Source: a virus
Virus record (IMG/VR): IMGVR_UViG_3300020204_000022
Span: 8,555 to 72,554 of that record
DNA length: 64,000 nt
Reading direction: 5' to 3' (one strand)
Part shown: positions 9,980 through 21,237 of the stretch, in pieces
How positions within the stretch are numbered: position 1 is the first letter of the stretch
Layout of the letters: every line of letters starts with the position of its first letter
Notes under the pieces: generated by a model
What the model was told of the DNA's origin: nothing
Databases searched by the model: none
What the model saw: the letters and a program-made list of their open reading frames with translations, nothing else
Position numbers and translations under genes: made by a program

Positions 9980-12502
9980 ATGGCATACACCACAACTTCT
10001 AAATACATACAGCTAACTCCTTATCTGGTGTTGGAATACATGTATGCTGCTCAACCAAATCCACAAACTTACAATGTTAACACCGGGGGAGGAAATCCGA
10101 CAGTGGGATTCAACAAGTTGATTAATGGGATTTTAGAATACAAAGGATCACCGACCAACGAAGTTCAAATTTTCAATTTGAACCAAAATTATGTCACAAC
10201 ACAAAACACCGCCCTGAACAATGTGGTAAAAACTTCGGAAAATTCTTTTATACCTCTAAATCCTAATTTGATTGTTCCTTACAACGATTTTAATCCCAAG
10301 CTGACACCTACCGCCAACCTGGAAATTTCTTTTCCAGATAATATTTCAGTTGTATACGACACGGTGAGATATCACATTTTGCAAGGATATAATTTGGAAA
10401 ACATAGATGGTCTAATCATATCCATATCCTATTTGGATCAGGATTTATCCTATGTTACTTTCTCGCAAATTGAGATAAGCTCGGGTACAGCACAAAATTA
10501 CACCTTAGATCCCAACCCTTTAACAATAGGTTCAAATATTTACGACAAATATTTTCAAATTTTAGTTCCATCTTTGGTTGACATGAACAACCAATATGCA
10601 GCAGCCTCTTATCCAAATAAACCGAACACACTAGCTGGAAAAACATCGAGAAGTGGAAGGGGCTATGTTACCGGTTCACCCATGAGAATTTCGGTGTGGC
10701 AAATAGATGATACAACACAAGTCAATGGATATGATCAATATGGATCCACTTTATATGCAACTTTATCTTTGGAATCGGAGGATCCATTTTTCAACGTTGG
10801 GGCTTACATAGGTTCTGCCCGGAACGGCGATTATTTCGAATACTTCGCCACTGATTCGGGTGGATTCATCGAAAATTTCATTCTTTTTCAAAATTCTATC
10901 GGTAACCAATATTATATCGATCATAAAGTTGAAACTTTGGAACAAATTGGTGCATCTTTTATTGTTACCAACAATTTTTCAACCATACAAACTACTGCAT
11001 TTGATGTTCCCCTTCTGTATAGACCCATTGTTAGATACCCATCCGTTGCATCAGGATTTACCTTGAGTTACACAATGACCTTGGTTAATTCGGTTGATCA
11101 GTCACGACTGGTAAGAAATGCCTCTTTCACTTCTTTGGATACTGGTAGATATGGACCAGAAATTGCACCACTTCAACTTTCAGTTTTTCCTCAAACCCAA
11201 AAAATTTACAATAAACTAGCAAATCAGTCCTCAATTTCGGTTCCCGCCAACACTCTTGTTCCAAGAGAAACTATCAAATATCAAAATGTTTTTGTTGAAA
11301 ATAACACGGTGAATTTGACTATGTCCAATTTATCCGTGAAAGGATTCACAATCGACCAGGCAGACGGGGGGGTTACTCAAACAATATCCTATGGGCTAGG
11401 ACAGGCTTACATTCGTATTTCTCCGTTTGATAATTTCTACAAGTTCACTTTTTACAAAAGAAATGCAAACGGAACTATGGATTTGTTAGATCTCACTTCC
11501 TCTGGAACCTTCAAGTTGGTTTTCATCGACAACAAGAACAATAAATTATTTGCCCCTTCAATAGTTGGAAATAATTTGGCAAATGCTGCAAAGGGTGAAC
11601 TAGCATTCAAGGTAGATGAAAGTTTGGCAAATCAAATTTTAACCTTCACCAACCGAAGATTTTATGTTTCTAACCAGCCAGTGGTTGCCCAAAGTAGTAA
11701 AGAAAGTCAAACTCCTCTTTTTTCTAAACTGTCATCTGTGAAGGAAAGATTTGCCAAGAAATCCCTTTCTGCCTCTGATTCTATACAAGACATTCAATTG
11801 GCTGGTCGAGGTTCAACAAAAGATAACTCGCAAGGAACAGCAAGAATTTCCGGGTCTTCCTCTTCTGTTCTATATTATGGAAATTGGTTGAAGGATAACG
11901 AGCCTATCCCTGCTTTATTTTCTTCCTTTGATACTTCAGGGTCTTCTACTCCTATCGTACCATCTCCATCTTCTTTCCAAACCTCAGGAAGTAAATTGAC
12001 ACCAATACAAAGTTATTGGCAACAGTTTCAAAGTTCTCAGGCGGGAGCGACCGGAATCTCTGGTATTTCATCTGGCGGGGTACAGCCTGCAAGAGCCCTG
12101 GATATTATGGGTATAGCAGCATTCAAAGCGGCTATAGCTTCCGATGTTCAGGGAAAGGTTGATTCTGGATGGGCATCTTCCCAAATTATCGATTATTTTC
12201 TAAATCCTTCTTCCGTAGGATTTAAATTGTATTCCGGAATTACGAAACAAATATTTACAGATGCCGTATCTGGACTTTTTGGATCTTACGGAGTATCTGG
12301 TCAGCTATTCATGGATGAATTAGCTGCATATGGAAACACCCAAGGCGGTTTGGACACCGGAGGTCCTGCCGCTCAAGGAGGAAGCAATGCAAATCAAAGC
12401 GGATCTGATTCGGGAAGTCCAAATCGTCCAACTTTTCCTTCTGGTGGAGGTAGCACAAACACAAGACCACCTTCTGGTGGATATAGACCAAGAGGAAATT
12501 GA
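9980..12502 (+). CDS. virion structural protein (possible tail sheath by position only)
   Basis: 840-aa ORF immediately upstream of a gp19-like tube-family gene, matching the T4 gene order sheath-tube. Low-complexity Gly/Ser/Pro C-terminus. No sheath motif verified. Confidence 0.4.
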   Translation: MAYTTTSKYIQLTPYLVLEYMYAAQPNPQTYNVNTGGGNPTVGFNKLINGILEYKGSPTNEVQIFNLNQNYVTTQNTALNNVVKTSENSFIPLNPNLIVPYNDFNPKLTPTANLEISFPDNISVVYDTVRYHILQGYNLENIDGLIISISYLDQDLSYVTFSQIEISSGTAQNYTLDPNPLTIGSNIYDKYFQILVPSLVDMNNQYAAASYPNKPNTLAGKTSRSGRGYVTGSPMRISVWQIDDTTQVNGYDQYGSTLYATLSLESEDPFFNVGAYIGSARNGDYFEYFATDSGGFIENFILFQNSIGNQYYIDHKVETLEQIGASFIVTNNFSTIQTTAFDVPLLYRPIVRYPSVASGFTLSYTMTLVNSVDQSRLVRNASFTSLDTGRYGPEIAPLQLSVFPQTQKIYNKLANQSSISVPANTLVPRETIKYQNVFVENNTVNLTMSNLSVKGFTIDQADGGVTQTISYGLGQAYIRISPFDNFYKFTFYKRNANGTMDLLDLTSSGTFKLVFIDNKNNKLFAPSIVGNNLANAAKGELAFKVDESLANQILTFTNRRFYVSNQPVVAQSSKESQTPLFSKLSSVKERFAKKSLSASDSIQDIQLAGRGSTKDNSQGTARISGSSSSVLYYGNWLKDNEPIPALFSSFDTSGSSTPIVPSPSSFQTSGSKLTPIQSYWQQFQSSQAGATGISGISSGGVQPARALDIMGIAAFKAAIASDVQGKVDSGWASSQIIDYFLNPSSVGFKLYSGITKQIFTDAVSGLFGSYGVSGQLFMDELAAYGNTQGGLDTGGPAAQGGSNANQSGSDSGSPNRPTFPSGGGSTNTRPPSGGYRPRGN

Positions 12503-12521
12503 TAAAAATGATTTTGATTGA

Positions 12522-13079
12522 ATGGCAATTTTAAACGCAAGATCCAATTCTTTTTATTTCAATTTTCCGAAGGGTTTTTTTCCACTTTCCGTGGAAAATA
12601 GATGGATAGATTATTTGAAAAAACAACCAACTCCTTACGACACAATCACTTCTTACATGAACAGCAGCATACAATCGGTGGGATTTCCTACTTTGACTGC
12701 CGGACTAGTTTCACAAACAAAAAATCTAGGAAAGGAAATCAATTATCAAAGTGCCACTCCCGTTCAGGATCTTTTCTCTAGGGATTTTGATGTCACATTT
12801 AGAATTGGTGAGGGATTTTCGAATTATTTTATCATGTTGGAAACAGTTCTCGATAAATTAGCATTTCAAAATGATAACATTTTCACCCCTGTTTTACCAT
12901 TAAGAATTTTAAATAATGAGGGGGGAATTGTTGTTTCTGTTCTTTTCAAAGAGGTTACTCTAACCGGGGTTGGAACAATAAACCTAAATTACACGAATAA
13001 CTCCCCTTCTGTTAACACTTTTACGGTTGGATTTAAATGTAATTATTTGAGTTTTGATTACGAGGTTTCTAGAACCTAG
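12522..13079 (+). CDS. T4 gp19-like tail-tube/baseplate family protein (tentative)
   Basis: 185 aa. The pattern SVGFPT...[15 protein letters not shown]...[18 protein letters not shown]...[14 protein letters not shown] resembles the gp19/gp48/gp54 family layout, from memory. Confidence 0.45.
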   Translation: MAILNARSNSFYFNFPKGFFPLSVENRWIDYLKKQPTPYDTITSYMNSSIQSVGFPTLTAGLVSQTKNLGKEINYQSATPVQDLFSRDFDVTFRIGEGFSNYFIMLETVLDKLAFQNDNIFTPVLPLRILNNEGGIVVSVLFKEVTLTGVGTINLNYTNNSPSVNTFTVGFKCNYLSFDYEVSRT

Positions 13080-13081
13080 AT

Positions 13082-13091
13082 AGATATATAG
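13082..13091 (+). promoter_or_regulatory. late-promoter-like motif AGATATATAG
   Basis: Intergenic. Ends 15 nt before the ATG at 13106. Confidence 0.45.
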
Positions 13092-13105
13092 AAAAAAAAC
13101 ATCGA

Positions 13106-16100
13106 ATGTCAACATCGAGACCATTTGCCTATAATGCCGGTGGAACAGGAAATAGGATTCCAGGAACTTTACAAATAGGAACTTTGTCCGTTGGTGGTAC
13201 GGCAGACGCATACACTTATCAATCCCCAGGTGGTTTGAAATGGTGGAACGGGCCGGACGAGGAATTAGGTTGGATATTAGCCAACCCTGTTCCTTCAGAA
13301 ACTCAGCCTACCATTGTGGTGTTGGGCCCTAAAATAAATCCTAAAGGTTGGTCTATCGATACAGACAATACTACTTATCCCGAGGGAATAACAGGAGAGA
13401 TTACGGGTCCAGGTCAGACTGCGGATGGATTTATTTATTATGACGTGCGAATTACGGGATCTTCGGCTGGAGATGGGCAGGCAAAAATTGTTCTTGCCAC
13501 CAATCCTTCTCCGGTTTCTGCTTCTTCTGGACAGAAATGGACCCTTACGGCCACTTTATCTTTGCAATCCGGAACTCTTCCTTTGAATAATAGTGTTTTT
13601 GTTGAGCTCCAAGAGATGAGCAATGCTACAGAAGGACCATCCTCCCAATCACTTGCGAACAAAGTTTCAAATTCAAACCTACAACAACCTGTAGAATATT
13701 ATGTTATTAGGCAGCTCACCGGAGTTTCAACAAATGCAATCAGAGGGGAAATTTCGATTTCCTTGCCTGCATTCGACGAATGCGATTTCACAATTAGAAT
13801 TGCAGCACCAACATTTGGCTTATCTGTGTTAGCGGGGGTTGGATTCAACCAGGCATCCACTTATTCTGAATTCATATCCCTGCTCGAGAGATCAACCGGT
13901 CAAGTTTTCGGAGACAATGGTGACGCAGCCGTTCTGTACATGAATTCCAACAATTTGTGGTCCACATATAATCCAGCACAACAAGAAAATTTAATTGTTT
14001 CATTGGATGCTGCCAATTACTCTTCTTATCCCCAAGCCGGTTCAACCTGGTTTAATTTGGTTGCTGACCAACAGGGGATTCCTTCGGCAAGTTTAGTTAA
14101 TTCTCCATCTTGGTCTTCTGAAAATGGAGGGCAATTTAGATTCACTGATTCATCTAATCAAAAAGCCTTTTTAAATTCCACAATTGAATCTACTGAGGGA
14201 TGGAGTTTGGAATCTTGGTTTTATCTGGAAACCGATTTGCAAGGAAAGAATACTTCATTAATAACATCATGGGAACTTGGTGATGATGTGCCTTTCCAGC
14301 TGGGAACTTGTGTAAATCACCCTGGTGAACATACTGGAACGTTAGATGTAGGTATAAGAGTGGAAAATGTGTGGTATACCTCCGCGTCCAATTTTACTCC
14401 CGAAACTGGAAGGTGGTATCATGTGGTTGGAACATTTGATGGATTCACTCTCAGACTTTTTGTAGATGGAGTTCAACAGAATGTTAATGTTGTTCCAAAT
14501 GAAACGGAATTTTCCCTGTTTGAAACTAAAGTTAATATAGGTTCTGACGCTTCCCAATCATCTGCAGACCCTGCAAATTATTTGAATGGAAAAATCGCTT
14601 TGACTAGAATTTATGGTAGGGCTTTGACGCCAGAAGCTGTTTTGGAAAACTTCAATGCCAACACAATTCGTTTTTCTAATTTGGTTCTTTCCTCGTATGT
14701 TGATTCTGGGTCTATAATTTTCACCTATACTTTGCAGGATATTGTTCCGCAGAAAGCCAACATAGAGGTAAACTTCAAACACCAAATGACTTTAAGTGGA
14801 AATCCTCTCGAGATTACATCCACTTTGATTTTGTATGCCGGACAAACTAGTGCATCGATCAGATATGAAGCCAACTGGGATGGGGCTACCGCTGGGAATT
14901 TATCAAATGCCGGTACTTTATCCGTTCTATCTATAACTTCCAACGAGCAAATTGTGTACACGGTTGATGCATTAAACGCAACCACAGATGCAGCTCCAAC
15001 ACCTCCCGCGGGTCTTCCTTATGCTTCTCCTATTTTAGTTTCACAGACACCCACTCCCTATGCAACTCCTACACCAACACCAACAACTTGTTCTAATCCA
15101 ACCACCTGTTTTGCCTGGACTTACTCTAACGTGAGTAATGCAACTGTAAGTGTTGTTGGATGTGATTGTTCGCAAACGATCGAAAATATTGAAATAGACG
15201 AGGCCGACACGGTTACTTTTTATTCTCCTTTTCAGCCAACTTTTTCGTCGGGAACTTATGGAGAAAATACCAGCACAACCCCAGCTAATAATTTTGGATA
15301 TTTTCCAGAAAATGCTGATAACAGATTATGTGCGTGGATTTGGACTAGACCAGATCAGGGAAGACAGGGAAGACTTTACTATACCTCCGGAACCGGGGTT
15401 CAAACTTTTAATATTAATATACAGCCGGGACAAGTACGTCAAATTTGTTATTCTTATCTCGTTTATTCCAGTGACCTTTATATTTATCCCGGAAATTCCG
15501 CAACTCCTTCTTGGTCGCAGGGAAATATTCTTCGATGCTCAAACTTTGCAACGACACAATGTGGTCTGAATTGTAATTGTTATAAGTGGGATACCACATC
15601 AACAGGACCAGTGATGGGAGCATCTGCCCCCTTCATAGTCTATTATACGTCATGTAACAACGAAGACACCACATTGTATTCTCAGGTAATCGATAAAGAT
15701 ACTCAAGGATCAATTTGTTCCTATGCCTTGCTTCGGATGGAACAACCAGATGGGGGAGGAGCACCAGTCCCATTCGAATATGCTTTCACCAATGCAGTTA
15801 ATACCAATCCCACTTTCCCCGCAGGTGGAAGTGGAGCCCAGGGATTCAACATAAATGCTTCACCGTGTAATGAAGAGTATTATGCCTCATATCCAGTTTC
15901 CCCGTCGAACATTTACAGTATTTCTGCTTCAACCCTGGCTGCAACTGGAGGGATGATCGACTTCCAAATTAGATTCAGCGTAAATGGTTCTTTCCCAACA
16001 ACAGTTAGTTCGAACACAAATCGAATTGAGATACAATTCTCAACAGCAACTCCTGGAACTTTGGGAGGTTTTTGTACAGGCCAAACTGTTGGGAATGCAA

Positions 16101-18037
16101 TTTGGGTTCTTATTGGAACAGGAAATGATTACCAAGGTCTAGATGTTTGGTATAATTTCAAGGTTACATCAATATCGTCAGACTCAGTAGGAGGTGTATC
16201 TACCAAATACACGTTTGGGGTTGATTTTATGTCTTCATCTGAAGCCCAACAATCATCAAGAAATGTTGCGGGAATAACAATAACATCTGGATTAACCACA
16301 AACCTTGGAAATTTAACTGGATGGGATTTTTTAACTTGGGATGAACCAAATTCAAACGTTGATCCAGGATATATTACTTCTTTTTCAGGAGGATCATGGA
16401 ACGTTTTTGACAGATTGACACCGCAAATTTGGATTAACCCCCAAACTACAGACGAAGGAGATGCCATACAAAGTCAATTTCAACTTAGAGATTATATCTG
16501 GCTAAGATGGGAAAGTGGAGGAGATTATAATTACCAATTATTGAGAATTTGGCGTGACACACCTCCACGAAATCCTTCTACTCAAGTCACCGAATATTTT
16601 ACTCAGTATCAGTTTGGCCCAGTAGCAGGAATTGTCCCGGAAACTACTGTTACTCTTCTTCCTGCAGGAGTTCCCTACTGGGATACAGTTTGTCAATCAA
16701 GCTTTGAGCCTTCTCCAACTCCTATAAGAGTAACGCCTACACCAACTCTTACCCCGCTTGATAGAACTTGTAATTGTTGGAAGGTTGATGTTACTCCTGG
16801 TACAGATGTTAGAATACAATACATGGATTGTATAACTGGTCAAACCATAAATTTGAATGCCCGAAGATATCCGACGATGATCTGCGCTAATGGATCTTGG
16901 ACACCTCCCACAATAACCGGTGTTAGTTTTAGTCAAACCTGTTCCAATTGTTGTTTAAACAATGGAGACTGTAGACCTCCAGCTCCAACCCCATCTAACA
17001 CCCCCACAATTTCTTTAACCCCGACAAATACACCAACATGTACCCCGACCAGCACCGAATTTGTGCCATTATCATCAACACCTACAGAAACACCCACACC
17101 AACTCCTACGCCTACTCAAACCAGTACTAATACGCCGACTCCTACCCAAACCCCGACAGTAACTCCTACCCAAACTCCAACTGGAACTCCAACTGGAACT
17201 CCAACTGGAACTCCAACTGGAACTCCAACTGGAACTCCAACCCCAACACCATCTCAATCTTTCGTGTTCACCTGTGGTACTTCTACTGTTTCTGATATAG
17301 ATGGCAATGTGTACCAAACCGTTCTTCTAGGGTCTGCTTGTTGGATGAAATCAAATCTTAGAACTTCTAGATACAATGACGGAACACCTATCGCATATGT
17401 TGCTCCAGCATCCTGGAATATAACCACCATTACCCCTCAGTACACATCAGCGAGCGGTACTGGTGGAACAGAGAGAGAAGGGAATTTTTACAATTGGTAT
17501 GCTCTTACCGGGCCTTCTGGGCAAACCCCCGGTCAAAGTATATGTCCATCCGGTTGGAGAGTTGCTACACTGTCAGATTTCAACACCATGTTTGCTTATT
17601 TCGGGAATGGCGGAACCGGTAGTGCAAGTATCCCTCAGGCTGAGAGATATGCTTATACAAATGCTCCCGGTGTCACGTTTACGACTAACAACCCCCTTAT
17701 ACAAGCTACGTTTGGATATCAAAATTTTAGGCCTAGTCCCCAGTCGACTTGTGCTGGGCTATGGGATTATGTTGATGGGTACGGAACCGCGCAACAATCA
17801 GGTAACATATTCACCTGTGGAAATACAGATTTTTCTTCTCAGGTTACAGGAGCTATCACCCAAAACGGTACAATATTCGGGCCTTTTTGGAGTGATTACC
17901 ATTGGACCTTCGACGGGGAATATCCAAACAACAATCAAGATAGAGCTGTTTTTGCGGGATGGCATGACGACAACAACATCTATTATTTTGCCGCTGGTCC
18001 AGGTTACGGAGGCACTTGTAGATGTGTTAAAATATAA
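13106..18037 (+). CDS. giant adhesin/receptor-binding-like structural protein (LamG-like domain, Cys modules, PT-rich linker, C-terminal FISUMP-like domain)
   Basis: LamG/ConA-like signature at about nt 13991-14659 ([20 protein letters not shown]...[22 protein letters not shown]). Pro/Thr linker at about 16978-17260. C-terminal [20 protein letters not shown]...NFYNWYA...[13 protein letters not shown] matches the Fibrobacter succinogenes major paralogous domain pattern. Confidence 0.8.
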   Translation: MSTSRPFAYNAGGTGNRIPGTLQIGTLSVGGTADAYTYQSPGGLKWWNGPDEELGWILANPVPSETQPTIVVLGPKINPKGWSIDTDNTTYPEGITGEITGPGQTADGFIYYDVRITGSSAGDGQAKIVLATNPSPVSASSGQKWTLTATLSLQSGTLPLNNSVFVELQEMSNATEGPSSQSLANKVSNSNLQQPVEYYVIRQLTGVSTNAIRGEISISLPAFDECDFTIRIAAPTFGLSVLAGVGFNQASTYSEFISLLERSTGQVFGDNGDAAVLYMNSNNLWSTYNPAQQENLIVSLDAANYSSYPQAGSTWFNLVADQQGIPSASLVNSPSWSSENGGQFRFTDSSNQKAFLNSTIESTEGWSLESWFYLETDLQGKNTSLITSWELGDDVPFQLGTCVNHPGEHTGTLDVGIRVENVWYTSASNFTPETGRWYHVVGTFDGFTLRLFVDGVQQNVNVVPNETEFSLFETKVNIGSDASQSSADPANYLNGKIALTRIYGRALTPEAVLENFNANTIRFSNLVLSSYVDSGSIIFTYTLQDIVPQKANIEVNFKHQMTLSGNPLEITSTLILYAGQTSASIRYEANWDGATAGNLSNAGTLSVLSITSNEQIVYTVDALNATTDAAPTPPAGLPYASPILVSQTPTPYATPTPTPTTCSNPTTCFAWTYSNVSNATVSVVGCDCSQTIENIEIDEADTVTFYSPFQPTFSSGTYGENTSTTPANNFGYFPENADNRLCAWIWTRPDQGRQGRLYYTSGTGVQTFNINIQPGQVRQICYSYLVYSSDLYIYPGNSATPSWSQGNILRCSNFATTQCGLNCNCYKWDTTSTGPVMGASAPFIVYYTSCNNEDTTLYSQVIDKDTQGSICSYALLRMEQPDGGGAPVPFEYAFTNAVNTNPTFPAGGSGAQGFNINASPCNEEYYASYPVSPSNIYSISASTLAATGGMIDFQIRFSVNGSFPTTVSSNTNRIEIQFSTATPGTLGGFCTGQTVGNAIWVLIGTGNDYQGLDVWYNFKVTSISSDSVGGVSTKYTFGVDFMSSSEAQQSSRNVAGITITSGLTTNLGNLTGWDFLTWDEPNSNVDPGYITSFSGGSWNVFDRLTPQIWINPQTTDEGDAIQSQFQLRDYIWLRWESGGDYNYQLLRIWRDTPPRNPSTQVTEYFTQYQFGPVAGIVPETTVTLLPAGVPYWDTVCQSSFEPSPTPIRVTPTPTLTPLDRTCNCWKVDVTPGTDVRIQYMDCITGQTINLNARRYPTMICANGSWTPPTITGVSFSQTCSNCCLNNGDCRPPAPTPSNTPTISLTPTNTPTCTPTSTEFVPLSSTPTETPTPTPTPTQTSTNTPTPTQTPTVTPTQTPTGTPTGTPTGTPTGTPTGTPTPTPSQSFVFTCGTSTVSDIDGNVYQTVLLGSACWMKSNLRTSRYNDGTPIAYVAPASWNITTITPQYTSASGTGGTEREGNFYNWYALTGPSGQTPGQSICPSGWRVATLSDFNTMFAYFGNGGTGSASIPQAERYAYTNAPGVTFTTNNPLIQATFGYQNFRPSPQSTCAGLWDYVDGYGTAQQSGNIFTCGNTDFSSQVTGAITQNGTIFGPFWSDYHWTFDGEYPNNNQDRAVFAGWHDDNNIYYFAAGPGYGGTCRCVKI
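17174..17241 (+). repeat. 12-bp tandem repeat (ACTCCAACTGGA) x5 plus a partial copy, coding (TPTG)n
   Basis: Read directly. Five perfect consecutive copies at 17174..17233, then ACTCCAAC. Confidence 0.95.
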
Positions 18038-18047
18038 AAAAAATATC

Positions 18048-18293
18048 ATGAAAAAATTCTCAGAACTGACAAAGATAAACGAAATGAAGTATGGACAGCC
18101 CATGTACGGTGAAAACGACTTCAAACAACATCGTAAAAATTTGCTGGTTGCTGCCTCTGGCAACGATCAGCGGGTTTTAAATGATATTGTCGATTGTTTA
18201 ACAGACGAACAGATGGAAAAGTGCTACTCCAAACTTCTCAAGGTTTATAATTACACGGGAAAAGTTGGAGAGGCAGTACCTCCTACTGTCTAA
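18048..18293 (+). CDS. small hypothetical protein with leader-like N-terminus
   Basis: The track ORF 17463..18293 overlaps the adhesin gene out of frame. An in-frame ATG at 18048, just after the adhesin stop, gives MKKFSELTKINEMKYG... Confidence 0.45.
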   Translation: MKKFSELTKINEMKYGQPMYGENDFKQHRKNLLVAASGNDQRVLNDIVDCLTDEQMEKCYSKLLKVYNYTGKVGEAVPPTV

Positions 18294-18306
18294 TTTTTGT
18301 CGAAGG

Positions 18307-18636
18307 ATGTTGGGTTTGATTGATATCCAATATGGATTTGATCCCTCCGGCAATCCCTTGTCTTTTGCTTTAAATCCAAAACATGTGGGATCGGTTTATA
18401 CGGGTCCTACTGGATTTTACATTTTTCTGAACGCGGTGAATACCAATATTTCACTAAATGATAAAAATTATTCCACCAAAATTTTTTTTAATTCCCCCAA
18501 TTCGAATGTCGCACAGTCGATGGAGAACGAGTGGATTTCTGCAACAAATTCTTTGATTGTAGAACCTCAGATTGTGAAATTAAATTTTTCCTCTCAGGGG
18601 TGTACATTCGAACAAACAATTGTTTTTTCTCCGTGA
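18307..18636 (+). CDS. hypothetical protein
   Basis: ATG at 18307 inside track ORF 18265..18636, just after the preceding stop. Confidence 0.45.
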   Translation: MLGLIDIQYGFDPSGNPLSFALNPKHVGSVYTGPTGFYIFLNAVNTNISLNDKNYSTKIFFNSPNSNVAQSMENEWISATNSLIVEPQIVKLNFSSQGCTFEQTIVFSP

Positions 18637-18962
18637 AAAAAATTATTATTTGTTACACGGCGGCACAAACCGCCCGAAAGTTAATTTTTTCTTCGAACGA
18701 TTTAACCCAATGTTTTGCTGCCCGGGATAATTGTATTTTGTATTTTAATACGATTTTCTCGTTGGAAGTATTGGACCCAGATTTTAAATATTACGGTACA
18801 TACGTACAATTCACGAAAATGAATCAAGGTTACAATTTATATTTTCAAATTTTACAATCTTTGTCGGGGATTTTCACGGACCCAAAAAAACCGGAAGCAA
18901 TTTTAGATTTTACTTCCGATGATGAGGTTGGATTATCGATCGGAAATATGGTTTCATTTTAA
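18633..18962 (+). CDS. hypothetical protein (GTG start overlapping upstream stop, GTGA)
   Basis: In-frame GTG at 18633 within track ORF 18531..18962 gives non-overlapping tiling with the upstream gene. Confidence 0.4.
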   Translation: MKKIIICYTAAQTARKLIFSSNDLTQCFAARDNCILYFNTIFSLEVLDPDFKYYGTYVQFTKMNQGYNLYFQILQSLSGIFTDPKKPEAILDFTSDDEVGLSIGNMVSF

Positions 18963-18966
18963 ATTC

Positions 18967-18976
18967 GAATATATAA
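18967..18976 (+). promoter_or_regulatory. late-promoter-like motif GAATATATAA
   Basis: Intergenic. Ends 20 nt before the ATG at 18996. Confidence 0.45.
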
Positions 18977-18995
18977 ATTCTAAAAATTCAAATTT

Positions 18996-19676
18996 ATGAC
19001 TTATCTTGGGATAGATTTTTCCCTAAATTCTCCATCTTGTTGTGTTTTGAATCAAAATAAATTTTTTTGGGTTAGCGTTACCCGATCTGATAAAAATTTA
19101 AAATCCTTGTCAAAATCTGCAGATAAACCCTATGCAGTTTTATCGAAATTTGAAAATTTCGAATTAGATGTTTTGGAAAAAAGGGTAATGCCAGATGATT
19201 ATTCCGAAAAGGAAAGAGTTAAAATTGATTATTTTTTAGAACTTGTTGATTTTTTCTGGGAAAAAATAAAAAATCACGTTGAATCCGGCCAAACAAAAAT
19301 TGCAATGGAGGGATTAAGTTTCGCGTCCAATGGTAATGCCTTGATTGATATTTCAATGGCAACCTCCTTGATGAGAGAAAGAATTGTGAAAAATATTGGA
19401 AGTGATAATTTCCACGTTTTTTCTCCAACTGCTGTTAAAAAATTTGCATTCAAAGGAAACGCCAAGAAGGATGAACTTTATCTTTCATTGTGTGGGCATG
19501 AACTTCCAGAAACAAATTTGAACGAATTCACTAAAACCCTTCGAATGTATCAATCCCAATGGATAACCCCGGCTAAAAGTGTAAATAAACCAGTGGATGA
19601 TCTGGTTGACGCCACCTGGATTTGTCTGAAGTTATTTCAGGACATGAAATCAGTAAAATCAAACGATGAAATTTAA
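18996..19676 (+). CDS. RuvC-like Holliday junction resolvase (RNase H fold)
   Basis: YLGIDFSLNSPS (first Asp), IAMEGLSF (Glu), SPTAVKKFAFKGNAKKDEL, and VDDLVDATWI (terminal Asp pair) follow RuvC motif order. Confidence 0.6.
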   Translation: MTYLGIDFSLNSPSCCVLNQNKFFWVSVTRSDKNLKSLSKSADKPYAVLSKFENFELDVLEKRVMPDDYSEKERVKIDYFLELVDFFWEKIKNHVESGQTKIAMEGLSFASNGNALIDISMATSLMRERIVKNIGSDNFHVFSPTAVKKFAFKGNAKKDELYLSLCGHELPETNLNEFTKTLRMYQSQWITPAKSVNKPVDDLVDATWICLKLFQDMKSVKSNDEI

Positions 19677-20130
19677 ATTCATTTCTCATCGGGGAAATTT
19701 GGCAGGACCGATGCCAGAATTCGAAAATAGACCAGATTATATTGACAATGCTTTGGATCTTGGATTTGATGTCGAGGTAGATCTATGGTCCTATGATAAT
19801 AAATTTTTCTTGGGCCATGATGAGGGAAAACATTCGGTTGATTTGGGCTGGCTGATTCAAAGAGAAAAAGGATTGTGGATTCACGTTAAAAACGAGGACG
19901 CCTTGATTCAAATGATGAAAACGGACTTGCACTATTTCTGTCACGAATCCGATCTGGCAACCTTGACCAGCCGTGGGTTTGTTTGGGTTTATCCAGGAAG
20001 ACAGCCCATCCCCGGCTCAATCGCAGTTTTGCCGGAGGTTCATCACGATCCAATCGATTCATGTCATGGAATATGTTCGGATCTTATAGCCGAATACAAA
20101 TTAAAAAAAGAAAAAAATAAGGATATATAA
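19666..20130 (+). CDS. small glycerophosphodiester-phosphodiesterase-like protein
   Basis: ISHRGN...ENRPDYIDNALDLGFDVEVDLW...FLGHD resembles the GDPD HRG/E-x-D/HD motifs. The protein is much shorter than canonical GDPDs. Confidence 0.45.
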   Translation: MKFKFISHRGNLAGPMPEFENRPDYIDNALDLGFDVEVDLWSYDNKFFLGHDEGKHSVDLGWLIQREKGLWIHVKNEDALIQMMKTDLHYFCHESDLATLTSRGFVWVYPGRQPIPGSIAVLPEVHHDPIDSCHGICSDLIAEYKLKKEKNKDI

Positions 20131-20198
20131 GAAAATTAAAGGAAACTTTTCATTTTGAACGCAATTAAACACACAAATAAAAAAAAACTTAAAAAATT

Positions 20199-21179
20199 AT
20201 GAGCAACTTGGACATCTTCAATTTAGATTTGGAAAATTTTGTAACAAAAACAAATGAGAAAGGAGGTAAGGAATCTGAATTCTACAAGCCCTACCCCGAA
20301 AATGGAAAAGATGGAGTTTACAAGGCACTGGTGAGATTCGTTCCGAATATCTCGGATCCTGCTAAATCCAAAATCCACAAGTACTACGTGTATCTGACCG
20401 ATCCCTCCACAGGTGATGGATTTTCGGTCGACTGCCCATCAACGGTGGGAAAAAAATCAATTTTAAAAGACATCTTTTGGAAATTGAAGAATTCTCATTC
20501 GGCAGCAGATCAAGAATTGGCAAAAGGATTCGGCCGCAAGGAAGATTACTATGCCTTGATTCAAATTGTACAGGACAAAAACAATCCTGACTTGGAAGGC
20601 AAAATTATGATTTTCAAATTTGGTAAGAAGCTCAACGAAATGTTGGAAGCCCAGTTAAAACCAGAATATGGAGATCCTTGTAATCCATTCGATCTTTTTA
20701 GCGGAAAACTTTTTTCTATCCAATCCCGTAAAGTTGGCGAATGGAACAACTACGATCTCTGTTCTTTCGTCGGAGATAAATGTGCCATTGAAATTGACGG
20801 AAAGAAAATGAAGAAAAATCAGGAAGACATGGGGGCAATCACCGCCTATTTGGAATCTGGACCTTCGAATCTCACAGCCTTCGAGTACAAAGATTGGGAC
20901 GATGATTTGACCGAAAAAGTAATGGCGGTTGTTCGAAACACAGTTCCAGACGGAAGATTGGTTAATGAAATTTTAGGAGGAGTTAATAAATCTACTCATT
21001 CCCCCTCTAGGTCAGAGATCCCTGCCCAATCATCTTCTTTGTACGAAGAAGCAACTTCAACCAGAGTAGGTTCAGTTCCGGACGAAGAACCGGCAGCAAA
21101 GGCATCAAAGGCAGGTCTGAAAAGACCAGCAGCACCGACAAATGCTTCTTCTTTGGATGACCTATACGCAGATCTTTAA
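20199..21179 (+). CDS. gp32: T4 gp32-like single-stranded DNA-binding protein
   Basis: ALVRFVPN (T4 AVIRFLPS), EGKIMIFKFGKKLNEML (T4 EGKVFKYRFGKKIWDKI), and acidic C-terminal SLDDLYADL (T4 DLDDLLNDL). Confidence 0.85.
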   Translation: MSNLDIFNLDLENFVTKTNEKGGKESEFYKPYPENGKDGVYKALVRFVPNISDPAKSKIHKYYVYLTDPSTGDGFSVDCPSTVGKKSILKDIFWKLKNSHSAADQELAKGFGRKEDYYALIQIVQDKNNPDLEGKIMIFKFGKKLNEMLEAQLKPEYGDPCNPFDLFSGKLFSIQSRKVGEWNNYDLCSFVGDKCAIEIDGKKMKKNQEDMGAITAYLESGPSNLTAFEYKDWDDDLTEKVMAVVRNTVPDGRLVNEILGGVNKSTHSPSRSEIPAQSSSLYEEATSTRVGSVPDEEPAAKASKAGLKRPAAPTNASSLDDLYADL

Positions 21180-21205
21180 TTCGCATGCTTAAATTAAAAC
21201 CACAA

Positions 21206-21229
21206 GGGGAGGGAAACCTCCCCTTTTTT
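21206..21229 (+). terminator. intrinsic terminator
   Basis: GGGGAGG-gaaa-CCTCCCC followed by TTTTTT, directly after the SSB stop. Confidence 0.85.
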
Positions 21230-21237
21230 GTCAAACT

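Noticed and set aside
13106-18037. Diversity-generating retroelement targeting the adhesin C-terminus
   Set aside because: There is no reverse transcriptase gene, and I noticed no template/variable repeat pair with adenine-specific differences.
17075-18047. Minus-strand 'WSSSWSSS' ORF (17075..17317) and the upstream part of +ORF 17463..18293
   Set aside because: These are by-products of the PT-repeat region and of the adhesin gene read out of frame. Only the segment after the adhesin stop (18048..18293) is kept as a possible gene.
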